Of a DNA stretch of 64,000 nt, positions 1 through 9,052 are shown piece by piece (within the stretch, counting starts at the first letter, position 1; every line of letters begins with the position of its first letter). Made by a program: the position numbers and the translations under genes. The notes under the pieces are model-generated. The model worked only from the letters and a program-made list of their open reading frames with translations. It made no database searches and had not been told where the DNA came from. This stretch comes from Candidatus Delongbacteria bacterium (GTDB lineage: Bacteria > CAIWAD01): positions 1,344,001 through 1,408,000 of the forward strand of contig OY760505.1 in NCBI GenBank assembly GCA_963663545.1, in the 5' to 3' direction.

Positions 1-3
1 CTG

Positions 4-1044
4 ATGAATGTGCCCGACTTTGAAATGATGGATCAGGGCAGTGATACTCTGGCCGAAGCCTTGCTGGGTGAAGACCAACGTGTTGCCGAGCTACGTTTCG
101 CGTTCGAGTTAGCCTCGCTTTGGCTCGGAGCGCGTGAAGGTGCATGTCTCTTCGTCGAAGAGCATGGCGAACCAAGCGAAGAAGCCTACTTGCGTAGTCG
201 TCATTATCGTGGAATGGAACGTCGCTTTCCTGTTGGCATCCGCGATCAGAATCTTTGGGGCAATACGCCAGAGGACAAGCTAGTCCGATTGGAAGCCGTG
301 TGCAGTATCTGGTGGCAACAGGAAGTAGCGCTCTCGCCTTCTGCCCCCGACTGGTTTGCGCGAGGATTAAGTAGAGCTTGCGCCTTGGCGCTAATGGAGC
401 AGATGTACGGATGGGAAAGCGCCGCGGAGTTACGAACGCGAGCCTTGAATCGCATCGCTTCGCGTCTAACCCCCCGCTCCTCTTCAAGTTGCCTGCTCTA
501 TGGTGATCGAGCAGAAGGGAGCTGGCGGAACCAGGAGATCAGCGATCAGATGGCCTGGCGCTTCACGCTGATTCTGGAAAACCTGCGCTGGCGTCTGCGA
601 AATGGCGAAACATTGGACGACAGTAGCTGGCGCGATTACATACGAAAGCTGGCTCGGATGCATCACGTGGGTCCGGTAACAACGCCACTCGATGTATCAC
701 GCTTCATCGAGGTCAGTGATCGCTTGCTCTACGACCTGCTTGAGGATAGCGCCGCCGATTGGTTATCGAATGAACTGCATCGCACGACAACCCCCGTGCT
801 ACATCTGGAGATTGGAAGCGCACAAGGCAACACTGTCCTGCGTTTACGTCGCGAGAATGCGGAGCAGAAGGACCGGCTGTATCTGCCAGTACTGATCCAA
901 TTCAGCAATGGACAACAAGCGCTACTTACACTGGTAAACCAGGAAGACGAGCAGGCATTTCTGTTGCCAGCCGAATCTTCGCAAATTTCTGCGGTGACCT
1001 ATGCACCGGGAGCCAGCGTACTGGCAGAAGTGAAAGACTATTGA
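4..1044 (+). CDS. M1 aminopeptidase-like protein, C-terminal part, apparently lacking catalytic residues (probably begins before the window)
   Basis: 'AVCSIWW...PDWFARGLS' sits where HExxHxW...WLxEG is expected; ends with 'LYLPV...VTYAPG..VL' Ig-like tail; stop overlaps next start. Confidence 0.5.
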   Translation: MNVPDFEMMDQGSDTLAEALLGEDQRVAELRFAFELASLWLGAREGACLFVEEHGEPSEEAYLRSRHYRGMERRFPVGIRDQNLWGNTPEDKLVRLEAVCSIWWQQEVALSPSAPDWFARGLSRACALALMEQMYGWESAAELRTRALNRIASRLTPRSSSSCLLYGDRAEGSWRNQEISDQMAWRFTLILENLRWRLRNGETLDDSSWRDYIRKLARMHHVGPVTTPLDVSRFIEVSDRLLYDLLEDSAADWLSNELHRTTTPVLHLEIGSAQGNTVLRLRRENAEQKDRLYLPVLIQFSNGQQALLTLVNQEDEQAFLLPAESSQISAVTYAPGASVLAEVKDY

Positions 1045-1784
1045 TGAGACCTTTTTTCTTCCTTGCCTTCTTGCTGCTCTGTTCTGTTTCGCTTTTTGCG
1101 CAGCATACTGCCTGTCATGTGTGTGACATAGACACCTTCTTCATGACGACGGCCACCAGCAGTAGATTCAGTCCTGATGATCTTGTATCACGAGCACAAC
1201 TACTGCTGGGAGTGCCCTACGCGGCCAACACCCTGGGAGGTGGACCCGGAATGCTAGAGTCCTTCGTAGCACGCTGTGATTCGCTGGATTGCATGCTGCT
1301 ACTCGAACTCGCTCTCGCCTCCGGCGACAGTATCCTGTGTGCCGACAGTTTGCGTGCCCAACGCTACGATCGCCGTGTTTGCGCCTGGTCAAATCGGCTG
1401 CATTTCTTCAGTGATTGGATTGAGCGAGGTCCGCACCTGCAAGACGTTGGCGCTGACATCCCCGGCGCAGTAGCTGTATCACGCAGCATTAACTACCGCC
1501 AAGATGGAACACGCTGGCTCCAGGGTGTCCAATGCAGCGAGCGCACGCTCTATCGCATCCACGCGGATAGTACAGCTCTGCGGTATTTGCATACTGGCGA
1601 TCTTGTAGGAATCTGGAGTGAGCAAACGGGGCTTGATGTAAGCCACGTTGGAATTCTTGTTTGGCAGCAAGATGAGCTGCAACTCCTGCATGCTTCTTCC
1701 AGCGCAGGGTGTGTGATCCAACAACCACTTCTTGAATACCCCAATTTGAAACGGGGTTTACTTGTTCTGAGGCTACCTGAATGA
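1041..1784 (+). CDS. DUF1460-family NlpC/P60-like peptidoglycan amidase, exported
   Basis: Signal peptide; 'LGVPY.ANTL', 'LDCM' (catalytic Cys), 'RLHFFSDW', 'LDVSHVG', 'LHASS'. Confidence 0.8.
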   Translation: MMRPFFFLAFLLLCSVSLFAQHTACHVCDIDTFFMTTATSSRFSPDDLVSRAQLLLGVPYAANTLGGGPGMLESFVARCDSLDCMLLLELALASGDSILCADSLRAQRYDRRVCAWSNRLHFFSDWIERGPHLQDVGADIPGAVAVSRSINYRQDGTRWLQGVQCSERTLYRIHADSTALRYLHTGDLVGIWSEQTGLDVSHVGILVWQQDELQLLHASSSAGCVIQQPLLEYPNLKRGLLVLRLPE

Positions 1785-2257
1785 GCGCAATCAGTCACAT
1801 GGCATTTCTACGTCACGGCGAGATCAGCGGTGCAGGGCTATCACCACACGGCAGAAGACAGGCGGAATTGCTTGGTCAACAGCTTGCCAAACTGGAATTG
1901 CGGTCGGACGAAATCCGAATCTGGTCCTCGCCTGCCAGGCGCGCTCGTGAGACAGCGGGTGTTGTAGCCATGTGGCTGAATCAACCCGAAGTGCATGAGG
2001 ACCCGCGACTGTGGACGGGCGATGGTCCTACCATTGGCTTCTACGGTGACTTCAAGTTGTGGCAGAATTGGTTGCGTGTCGAACAAGTGAAAGGCGGTTT
2101 GCTGGTAGTGGTGGCACACCTCGAACTGGGTTCCCTTGCCTGTGATTTACCCTCCGTGTTCAACACCTCAGGTCCCACACTGCACACACCAGGACGTGGA
2201 CAAGGCTTTCTGTTTTCTATGAACAAGGAATCGGGTCGTCATTGCACGCTACCCTGA
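1781..2257 (+). CDS. Histidine phosphatase family (SixA-like)
   Basis: 'LRHG', 'SSPARRARETA', 'VVAH' motifs; ATGA overlap with upstream gene. Confidence 0.8.
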   Translation: MSAISHMAFLRHGEISGAGLSPHGRRQAELLGQQLAKLELRSDEIRIWSSPARRARETAGVVAMWLNQPEVHEDPRLWTGDGPTIGFYGDFKLWQNWLRVEQVKGGLLVVVAHLELGSLACDLPSVFNTSGPTLHTPGRGQGFLFSMNKESGRHCTLP

Positions 2258-2269
2258 GACGGACGGATA

Positions 2270-4396
2270 TCAGTCTCCAGCCTTGTCCAGCACTAGGCGG
2301 AAACCGGCGTCAGGCAGGCGTTCATCAACATGCAAAGAACGGTCTCCGTGCGTATCACGAACCCAGGATGCACCGGGTGCCTTCCAACCAGCCTGTGACC
2401 AACACAACTCCCGCACATTGTCAGCAATGTGATACAAGGAATCAGCAGGCAACGTCACGGGAAAAACATCGACCAACTCGTTGCTGGCTGTGCTACTTCC
2501 CATCCAATGTTGCATCTCTTCAAATGTCGGTGCTCTAAAACCACCTCGTATCGGCCTGGGCGTGCCGTCTTGCGCGTACATCAACGGCAGCCCGTAACGC
2601 TCGCTCAACCAATTGCAATAAGCGGCGACCTCGCGCGGACTGACATTTACCAAAGGACGAGCGCTGTGTGACAGCCAGTCCTTATAGCCTTCCAAAGGCG
2701 GATTCGGTGGTAGCGGCTGTCCTGTGCTACGCGAATAGCTAAGGTACTCAGCAACACTTAGCTCTACCGGGGATACCGCAACCCCGTCGATCTGAACCCA
2801 GCCACTTCCATCAGCGCTGGTCTGTACTACAAATGTTCCTTGCCACTCGCCCGTACTGTGCTCGCAACGGTTGCGCATCAAATAGGCGACCTGCTGTTGA
2901 GCTGGCGCGGACCGATCCAAAAGTTCTCCCTCACTCCAGGTGGCACGCATCATCGTGCTATCGCCATCTACTATGCGTATCACATCAACTTGATCCATCA
3001 ACCAGGGATCTTGAGTCGCCCAGCTTAGCTGCACTCCTTTGGGAGCATCCTCTGCCTTGGGTTGAACCAAGGCGTGAGCACTGATTCCCAGACTACGCCA
3101 AGGCGACCAGCTGCTATGCTCCATTCCCAGCACAGTTCGCCAGCGAAAATCGAGATAGGCGACTTCCGCGGATGGTTGTATCACAACGCTACGCGCCGGT
3201 CCAAACACGCGTCGGTGGCGTGCGTTCACCACCTCCACCTCTATGCCGTCTGCCCAGGGCGTCTGAGGCGGAAGTGCAAAAGTCAGACTTGTATCACTGG
3301 ACGATTGCCGGACCAGCTCAGGAGGTGCCTGCCAGCCAGCCTCAACCACACCGGTCCAAAGCGCATCTGCTTGATCCTCGCCAAGTAGCTGAAGATGCAG
3401 GCGCATGGCGGGTAGCTGCTCCAGTGTTTCATTTGCCGAGGAAAGTGCCACGACTCCGGAACGTCCGTCCTCGGCAAGCCAATGCAACTCAGCCCCTTTC
3501 GATAGTCCACCTGCGTAGCGAATCTGAAGTTTTCCTGGCGAAAGGCGTTCTACTGTGACACGCAACTCCTGCTCCGGTGCCTGCCAGACCAGTGGAAGGC
3601 CGACCAGACCCTCCTCGTTGCGTGATGCGACGAGGATCTCACCACCACCAAGAAACTCTATTTCGGCCTCAGCCCGTTCTTTACTACGCCAATGCCAATT
3701 CGCATCTCCCGCTAGCACAGCTGGTTCACAGCCGTCAGCGATGCGCAGGTTCAGACTATGGTCCGTCGAAGCAAGTATCACGGGAAGTGCAGGTAAGGCT
3801 GGTGTATCACGGCAAACAGTTACATCCTCCGGAAGCGTAGAAGGATCCAGCTGCTCGCCAATCCAGTTCACGTTGTCACACTGCTCCCAGGAAAGCCCGA
3901 GGCGGCTCCATGGGAAGTCGAGCAGCAGCTGGCCGGTAGAAACCGACACAATGCGTAAATCGCGCAAACGGCCCGTTTCTTCAATTCGCATCCAGATGCG
4001 GTCCGGCGCACACGCGGGGATCTTCCAGCTAAGCAGGCTGTCGTGTTGCTGCAGGTTCAACTCCGGCCAATCGCGCTGCCAGCTCCAATCCCGGCTGTAG
4101 TACGGAAGGCCATTGTACTCCCCGGCAAGGCGGAATTCGACACGCTCGCCCCACCCGGGCTGCGGCAGGAGCATCGCGATTTGTCCCGCACTGTCGGGAC
4201 GCACTGGCAGCGGCTGAAATAGACCATCACGATTGATCTGCACGCTGTGCATTCCATCGCACTCTGCGACAAGTAGCAACGAGTCACAGCCGACAGGACT
4301 GAGCGTGAGCCGTGGCTCCGCGCCCGCCAACAAGGGGAGGCTCAACAGAGCTGCGAAGCAGGTGCGCAAGAATGCAGTGTCAGGGCTTGGCTTCAT
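2270..4396 (-). CDS. Exported multi-domain protein with FN3/Ig-like region and C-terminal FGE-sulfatase (SUMF1/GldK-like) domain
   Basis: Signal peptide; 'PLVNVS..EVAAYCNWLS', 'FRAPTFEE', 'ADNVRELC', 'GFRLV'. Confidence 0.65.
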   Translation of the reverse strand: MKPSPDTAFLRTCFAALLSLPLLAGAEPRLTLSPVGCDSLLLVAECDGMHSVQINRDGLFQPLPVRPDSAGQIAMLLPQPGWGERVEFRLAGEYNGLPYYSRDWSWQRDWPELNLQQHDSLLSWKIPACAPDRIWMRIEETGRLRDLRIVSVSTGQLLLDFPWSRLGLSWEQCDNVNWIGEQLDPSTLPEDVTVCRDTPALPALPVILASTDHSLNLRIADGCEPAVLAGDANWHWRSKERAEAEIEFLGGGEILVASRNEEGLVGLPLVWQAPEQELRVTVERLSPGKLQIRYAGGLSKGAELHWLAEDGRSGVVALSSANETLEQLPAMRLHLQLLGEDQADALWTGVVEAGWQAPPELVRQSSSDTSLTFALPPQTPWADGIEVEVVNARHRRVFGPARSVVIQPSAEVAYLDFRWRTVLGMEHSSWSPWRSLGISAHALVQPKAEDAPKGVQLSWATQDPWLMDQVDVIRIVDGDSTMMRATWSEGELLDRSAPAQQQVAYLMRNRCEHSTGEWQGTFVVQTSADGSGWVQIDGVAVSPVELSVAEYLSYSRSTGQPLPPNPPLEGYKDWLSHSARPLVNVSPREVAAYCNWLSERYGLPLMYAQDGTPRPIRGGFRAPTFEEMQHWMGSSTASNELVDVFPVTLPADSLYHIADNVRELCWSQAGWKAPGASWVRDTHGDRSLHVDERLPDAGFRLVLDKAGD

Positions 4397-5075
4397 GCTC
4401 CCTCGCCTTGGCGCCTACATACACGGTATCAACTACGGTGCTTTCGAGAATCAAAAGATCGTGCAAGGTCTGGTCCACGATATACGTTGTATCCTGCCGT
4501 ACAATCTGCACGATGTCCATCACACGCCGGCTGCTACCCGTATCTTCAGCCAGGTTTCCGCGTGAAAACAGGCTATCGCTTTCGTAATCCCAGATGCGTA
4601 ACACGAGCTCGTCACGGCTGCGGTCCAACGCCAATTCAAACGGCCCGGCACCCAGATTGTTGTGACTGGCCGCCAGCAGGTCAGCGAGCAAGGCAGCAAC
4701 AGGTTGATTCGCCGCACGGAGTTCTTCCTGTGTCACATCAAGCGGAGCGCGAACTTCGCGGTTAGCTGCAAAACTCCACTCCCGCATACGCTGGCGCAAA
4801 CTGGCAGAAAGCCCTGCCAATACGTGTACTTCGCCCTGCGGCAACAGCTCAAGGACATCGCCTTCACCAAAGCCATTGCTGGTCAGGTCATGTATCACAA
4901 GCGCCTTGACCTCGCCAATTGGTACTGGGATCATCTGCTGCTCCAGCAGTTCACCGATTAGTGAGGGTGCATCAATGAAGGCTTGCAAATGCATGGCGGG
5001 ACTGATTTGCGGCAACTGTGCTAACGCACAGGACACCGCAGCCGTAATGCATCCCAGCAGAGTAATGATCCTCAT
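4380..5075 (-). CDS. Exported hypothetical protein
   Basis: Signal peptide; overlaps both neighbours in a coupled operon. Confidence 0.7.
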   Translation of the reverse strand: MRIITLLGCITAAVSCALAQLPQISPAMHLQAFIDAPSLIGELLEQQMIPVPIGEVKALVIHDLTSNGFGEGDVLELLPQGEVHVLAGLSASLRQRMREWSFAANREVRAPLDVTQEELRAANQPVAALLADLLAASHNNLGAGPFELALDRSRDELVLRIWDYESDSLFSRGNLAEDTGSSRRVMDIVQIVRQDTTYIVDQTLHDLLILESTVVDTVYVGAKAREHEAKP

Positions 5076-6577
5076 CGCCGCAACTCCTGCACGCGCTCAT
5101 AGGCATCACGTGCATCCTGGGCTCTACCAAGTCGGCGGTAGGCTTGTGTCAGACTGGTATAGATCGCCAGTTGATCCTCAGACGTACACTCGTGATCGGT
5201 GTCACAGTTTTCCAGTGCACGCTCGAGCCACTGCAGGGCCTCCTCTGGACGGTTTGCCAGCAGATCAGCAATGCGCACCGACAACAATGGCAAATAGCGA
5301 TTATCGTGTGCTGCAGCGGCTGTGTATAGCTCCCAAGCCGCTAGCGGATCATCCGCCTCTATGCTCCCGGCGTGATTCAAAGTCATGGTAGCACGCGTAT
5401 CATTGATGCGGGAACGAAGGCTATCCGGCAGTGATCGGGCATTCTGCGCCAGCGATGTAACACGCTCCAAACCCAACTCGCGCATCTCGAGTCGATAGAA
5501 TTCCAGATCCGCCAGAGCCAGTGTGTTCTCGGCAACAAAGACTTGATCCGTGCTCTCTTGAATTGTCGCTTGCAACAACTCGCGAGCTTCCAATTCGCGA
5601 CCCTGTTGAATGAGCTGCCAAGCGCGATCCTGCTGCAAGGCCAATCCAAGGCTACCGCCAGCGCGGTTCAACCAGCGCTTAAGCTCGCCAATTTCCTTGC
5701 GCTCGCCGCCCAGCGCTACGGGTTCCCAATCGGCCAAAGCTGCACGAAAAGCCTCTTCGTTTCCCAGCTTCATTGCCAGGTTGACACGTTCGCGACACAG
5801 ATAGACCAAATGGTCCCGTTGTCGTCCCGTGAGACGGCCCGGATCAGTTTCCTGCTCCAGCCAGGACCAGGCCTTCAGGGTTTCACTAGTCCGGGTGTAA
5901 AGCTCGAGGGCTTTGTCACTTTGCTTCATATCGCGTGTTACATCCGCGAGATCCCACCAGGCGAAGTAGTTGCCGGGATCCAGCGTGATACGCTGACGCG
6001 CCACTTCTGCAGCACGCTCACGATACTCAAGGCTGGTATAAATGCGCCCCAGGTCTTCCAGCGTTCCAGCAAGCGTTTCTAGGACCTGCTCGTCCCAGGG
6101 ATTCGCCTTCAGAGCCGCTTCCAAATAGTCCATCGACTCCAACAGCTTCTCGGCTACCTGGTTGCGCACTGTCTCACGCAGACGCCCCAGCTCCTCAGCG
6201 CTCATTTCGGCCGGGTATTTGCCCTCCGTCAGGTCAAGTGCCGATTGCATCCCGATCAGCGCCTGCTCCATGCGATCGAAGTGTGCCTGGCTATCCACGA
6301 CCTGCGAGCGGCGCAAGCTGTCCAGGGCAAGCACAATCCAGGTCTGATCGCTAAGTGATTCGCGCACCTCCTGGGCACGCTGACGTAGCGCATCGGCCTC
6401 TTCAGCTTTTCGCCGACTGACCATGGCTGTATTGACGCCACCAGCATCCCGCTCCTGCAGGATGCGATCCACTTCCGGAGTGATGCCGGGAGTTGTATCA
6501 CGACTCCCGGTGTCCTGGGCCAGGCTTGTCTGTGCCAGCACAAACACCAGCAGCAAACAGGAAATGCAGAACCTCAT
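5072..6577 (-). CDS. Exported TPR-repeat protein
   Basis: Signal peptide; TPR-like helices ('AALKANPWDEQVLETLA', 'LDPGNYFAWWDLA', 'YRRLGRAQDARDAYER'). Confidence 0.75.
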   Translation of the reverse strand: MRFCISCLLLVFVLAQTSLAQDTGSRDTTPGITPEVDRILQERDAGGVNTAMVSRRKAEEADALRQRAQEVRESLSDQTWIVLALDSLRRSQVVDSQAHFDRMEQALIGMQSALDLTEGKYPAEMSAEELGRLRETVRNQVAEKLLESMDYLEAALKANPWDEQVLETLAGTLEDLGRIYTSLEYRERAAEVARQRITLDPGNYFAWWDLADVTRDMKQSDKALELYTRTSETLKAWSWLEQETDPGRLTGRQRDHLVYLCRERVNLAMKLGNEEAFRAALADWEPVALGGERKEIGELKRWLNRAGGSLGLALQQDRAWQLIQQGRELEARELLQATIQESTDQVFVAENTLALADLEFYRLEMRELGLERVTSLAQNARSLPDSLRSRINDTRATMTLNHAGSIEADDPLAAWELYTAAAAHDNRYLPLLSVRIADLLANRPEEALQWLERALENCDTDHECTSEDQLAIYTSLTQAYRRLGRAQDARDAYERVQELRR

Positions 6578-7446
6578 CTCGCCTCCAGGAATTGCAGCAG
6601 ATCAGCGTGCAGTGTACCACCCTCAGCCAGGCGGGTGAACCTGGCAATGACGGTATCGTTGATAAGCTCACCTTGCTTCACCGTACGAAGCGCCAGGTCA
6701 TCGCCCGACATGCGCAAGGCGAACAGATCGGTGCTCGAGTTGAAGAGGAGAATTGCCTCGTCTTTCTCGCGACAGGCCCAAACGCGCCAAGCGCGGCCTC
6801 CAAGCTCCAGTTGTCCCCGTCGCATTTCAGGACCGCACTCCGAGAACCCGCGCAGTGGCGCAGCAGGAGCGTCGATTGGAAGTCCAGCCAGCCAGGCATC
6901 GAGAGCCTCCAGCATGCTATGCGGTGTTGTATCACGATGCTGCTGTGAATCACGCAGACTGCTGCGTTCCGCCTGAAGAGAGGCGACCGGACCACTATCT
7001 ACTCTGTCGCGTCCTTCACTCGTAATCCGCGGCATTTCGCCTGTATCACGACGGATCACATCCCGTGGACGGTCAAGATCACGTGTTGGCGAAGAGTCGC
7101 TGATATCCCGACTCAAATCACGACCCGCAGGTCGAGTCAAATCACGTGTATCACGCTCAACACGGTTGATCTGCGGTCGACGTTCCGAAGGATCAAATCG
7201 CTCCTCAGGCAACTGAATCAGCCGGGCCCGCTGTCTGCGCATTTGTTGGGCGACACGATCCACACGCGAGGGCGACTGGTACACTTGGTGCACCCATGTC
7301 AGCAATTCGATGCCGGGCACCTCGCGCCGATGCGGACGATGCACATTGATCAGACTGAGAATCAACCAACTCACCGCCATCAGCAGCAGACTGCTGATCC
7401 AGGCGATCTGGTTGATGCGTTTGCGGCTGAGTTCAGCAGCGTTCAT
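6574..7446 (-). CDS. Single-pass membrane protein with Arg/Asp-rich linker (TonB/TolA-like topology)
   Basis: N-terminal TM with Ser, low-complexity RD-rich spacer, C-terminal globular domain; directly follows exbB-exbD-exbD. Confidence 0.55.
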   Translation of the reverse strand: MNAAELSRKRINQIAWISSLLLMAVSWLILSLINVHRPHRREVPGIELLTWVHQVYQSPSRVDRVAQQMRRQRARLIQLPEERFDPSERRPQINRVERDTRDLTRPAGRDLSRDISDSSPTRDLDRPRDVIRRDTGEMPRITSEGRDRVDSGPVASLQAERSSLRDSQQHRDTTPHSMLEALDAWLAGLPIDAPAAPLRGFSECGPEMRRGQLELGGRAWRVWACREKDEAILLFNSSTDLFALRMSGDDLALRTVKQGELINDTVIARFTRLAEGGTLHADLLQFLEAR

Positions 7447-7451
7447 CTATT

Positions 7452-7886
7452 CTACTCACCCTTCTCCGACTCACGGGGAGTCTGGAAACTCAGGTTGCGA
7501 TCCAATTCCAGCAGCGCGCAAGCGTCAACGGCGTGCACGGCCGATTGCACTTCGGCTGCAGGTTCAACATCAATATCCACACCAGCCGGCTTCTGCTGCT
7601 CGATAGCACGGGACAACACGGCCTTCAGCGTATCCGGGCCGGTAAAGCTCCCAAGCGGACGACGCAGCCCCATGGCCCCTTGCAGCTCCAGGTGATACAA
7701 ATCATTGGCTGCCGCAGTCAGCACCAGTCTGCGTTGACTAAGCTGAAGCGTGTCCAGTGTGGCTTCCCAAGCAGTCGGCAGTTGGACCGTTGTGCGCTCA
7801 TCCAGATCGGCCACGCCAAGGAAGCCGATGAGAATAATCATCGCCACATCGATAAGCCGTACTACAGTGCCTCCACGCGCGTTCAT
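7452..7886 (-). CDS. ExbD/TolR family protein (second copy)
   Basis: TM 'RLIDVAMIILIGF' with conserved Asp, 'VQLP', C-terminal 'VHAVDAC'. Confidence 0.8.
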   Translation of the reverse strand: MNARGGTVVRLIDVAMIILIGFLGVADLDERTTVQLPTAWEATLDTLQLSQRRLVLTAAANDLYHLELQGAMGLRRPLGSFTGPDTLKAVLSRAIEQQKPAGVDIDVEPAAEVQSAVHAVDACALLELDRNLSFQTPRESEKGE

Positions 7887-8263
7887 TCTACCACCTCCGG
7901 GCGGTCGCGTATCACCTCAAGTGCCACCGGGATCTCCAGATCCCCGCAGAGTTCAAGAACGCGAGCGATATAGGCACCCGGCAGGTCCAGATCAACACGA
8001 AGTCTCACGCGCCCACGTTGTTCGGCCTTGGCCCGGCTGAGATACTCTCGTAGCGCCTCATCATCCGCTAGCTCTATCTTGTCTACACCACAGACAAAGC
8101 CACCGTCGTGCAGCGCGCCCACTACAGTCCAATCCTCGAAATCGGGCGGCACCAGCGGCAAATACTCCGCGTGCGGCAGCTGCATCTCAATCGCCCGGTC
8201 GATGTGGCTGATTGAAATGAATCCGAAGAGCAGGATCAGCACAATGTCGATTAGACGAAGCAT
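7883..8263 (-). CDS. ExbD/TolR family protein
   Basis: TM 'RLIDIVLILLFGF', 'MQLP.A', 'VRLRVD..LP'. Confidence 0.85.
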   Translation of the reverse strand: MLRLIDIVLILLFGFISISHIDRAIEMQLPHAEYLPLVPPDFEDWTVVGALHDGGFVCGVDKIELADDEALREYLSRAKAEQRGRVRLRVDLDLPGAYIARVLELCGDLEIPVALEVIRDRPEVVE

Positions 8264-8266
8264 GCG

Positions 8267-8956
8267 CTATGCCTCGAGTTGATTCAGCATGGCCTGGCGA
8301 ATTTCCACCAGCTTCTGGTACTGGCGATCCAGTTCACCATCAAAGTGATTACGCACCAGTGTCAACAGCAGATTGATGATCAAGCTGACGATGATACCCA
8401 GCAGCGTAGTAATGAGCGCAACACCCATGCCGTGCAGAATCTTGTCCTTGTCCAGGGTTCCGCCAAAGAAGGTCTGGAACATACCCAGCACCGTACCCAG
8501 CAGCCCCAGCGCGCCAGCACTGTCAGACAGAAACATCATCCAGTGGACGAAAGGCTTGAACCAGTCCTGGCGCACCATCATGAAGCGCTCAATGTTGGTA
8601 CCCAGGCTTTCGTAATTGCGAGTATTAGCGAACTGCACCAGCATGTCCCCGGCAGCGCGCGACAACTCACTCTCGGGCTGACGCCCCAGCTCTTTCTTCA
8701 GCTCATCCGGGGTGCGGCCGCGCACGTTCATCTGGAATGTACCCGCAGAGCGCGCTCTGTCGCCGCGCACGGTCAGGAATCGTTGTACGGCCAGCGCTAC
8801 ACCCACAAGCAGCAGGAGGTAAATCGGATAGCGAATCCAGCCACCCATGGCCAGAATGTCCAGCAGTGGTAGCGAAGTGGAGGCGCTCTCCTGCGCCAGC
8901 GCGGCGAGAGGCAACAATAGCAGGGCGCTTAAGCGGTACAGCGTAGACTTGCACAT
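8267..8956 (-). CDS. MotA/TolQ/ExbB proton channel protein
   Basis: 'MGGW', 'LGLLGTVLGM', 'GMGVALITTLLG'. Confidence 0.9.
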   Translation of the reverse strand: MCKSTLYRLSALLLLPLAALAQESASTSLPLLDILAMGGWIRYPIYLLLLVGVALAVQRFLTVRGDRARSAGTFQMNVRGRTPDELKKELGRQPESELSRAAGDMLVQFANTRNYESLGTNIERFMMVRQDWFKPFVHWMMFLSDSAGALGLLGTVLGMFQTFFGGTLDKDKILHGMGVALITTLLGIIVSLIINLLLTLVRNHFDGELDRQYQKLVEIRQAMLNQLEA

Positions 8957-9052
8957 AACTCTATATCCTTTCGAACTCTATCTCCGTATCACGCCCGCAG
9001 CGAACCAAAAAGTTCCATTGGGCTGCAATCCTTCCTGACAGTGACCTCGCGG

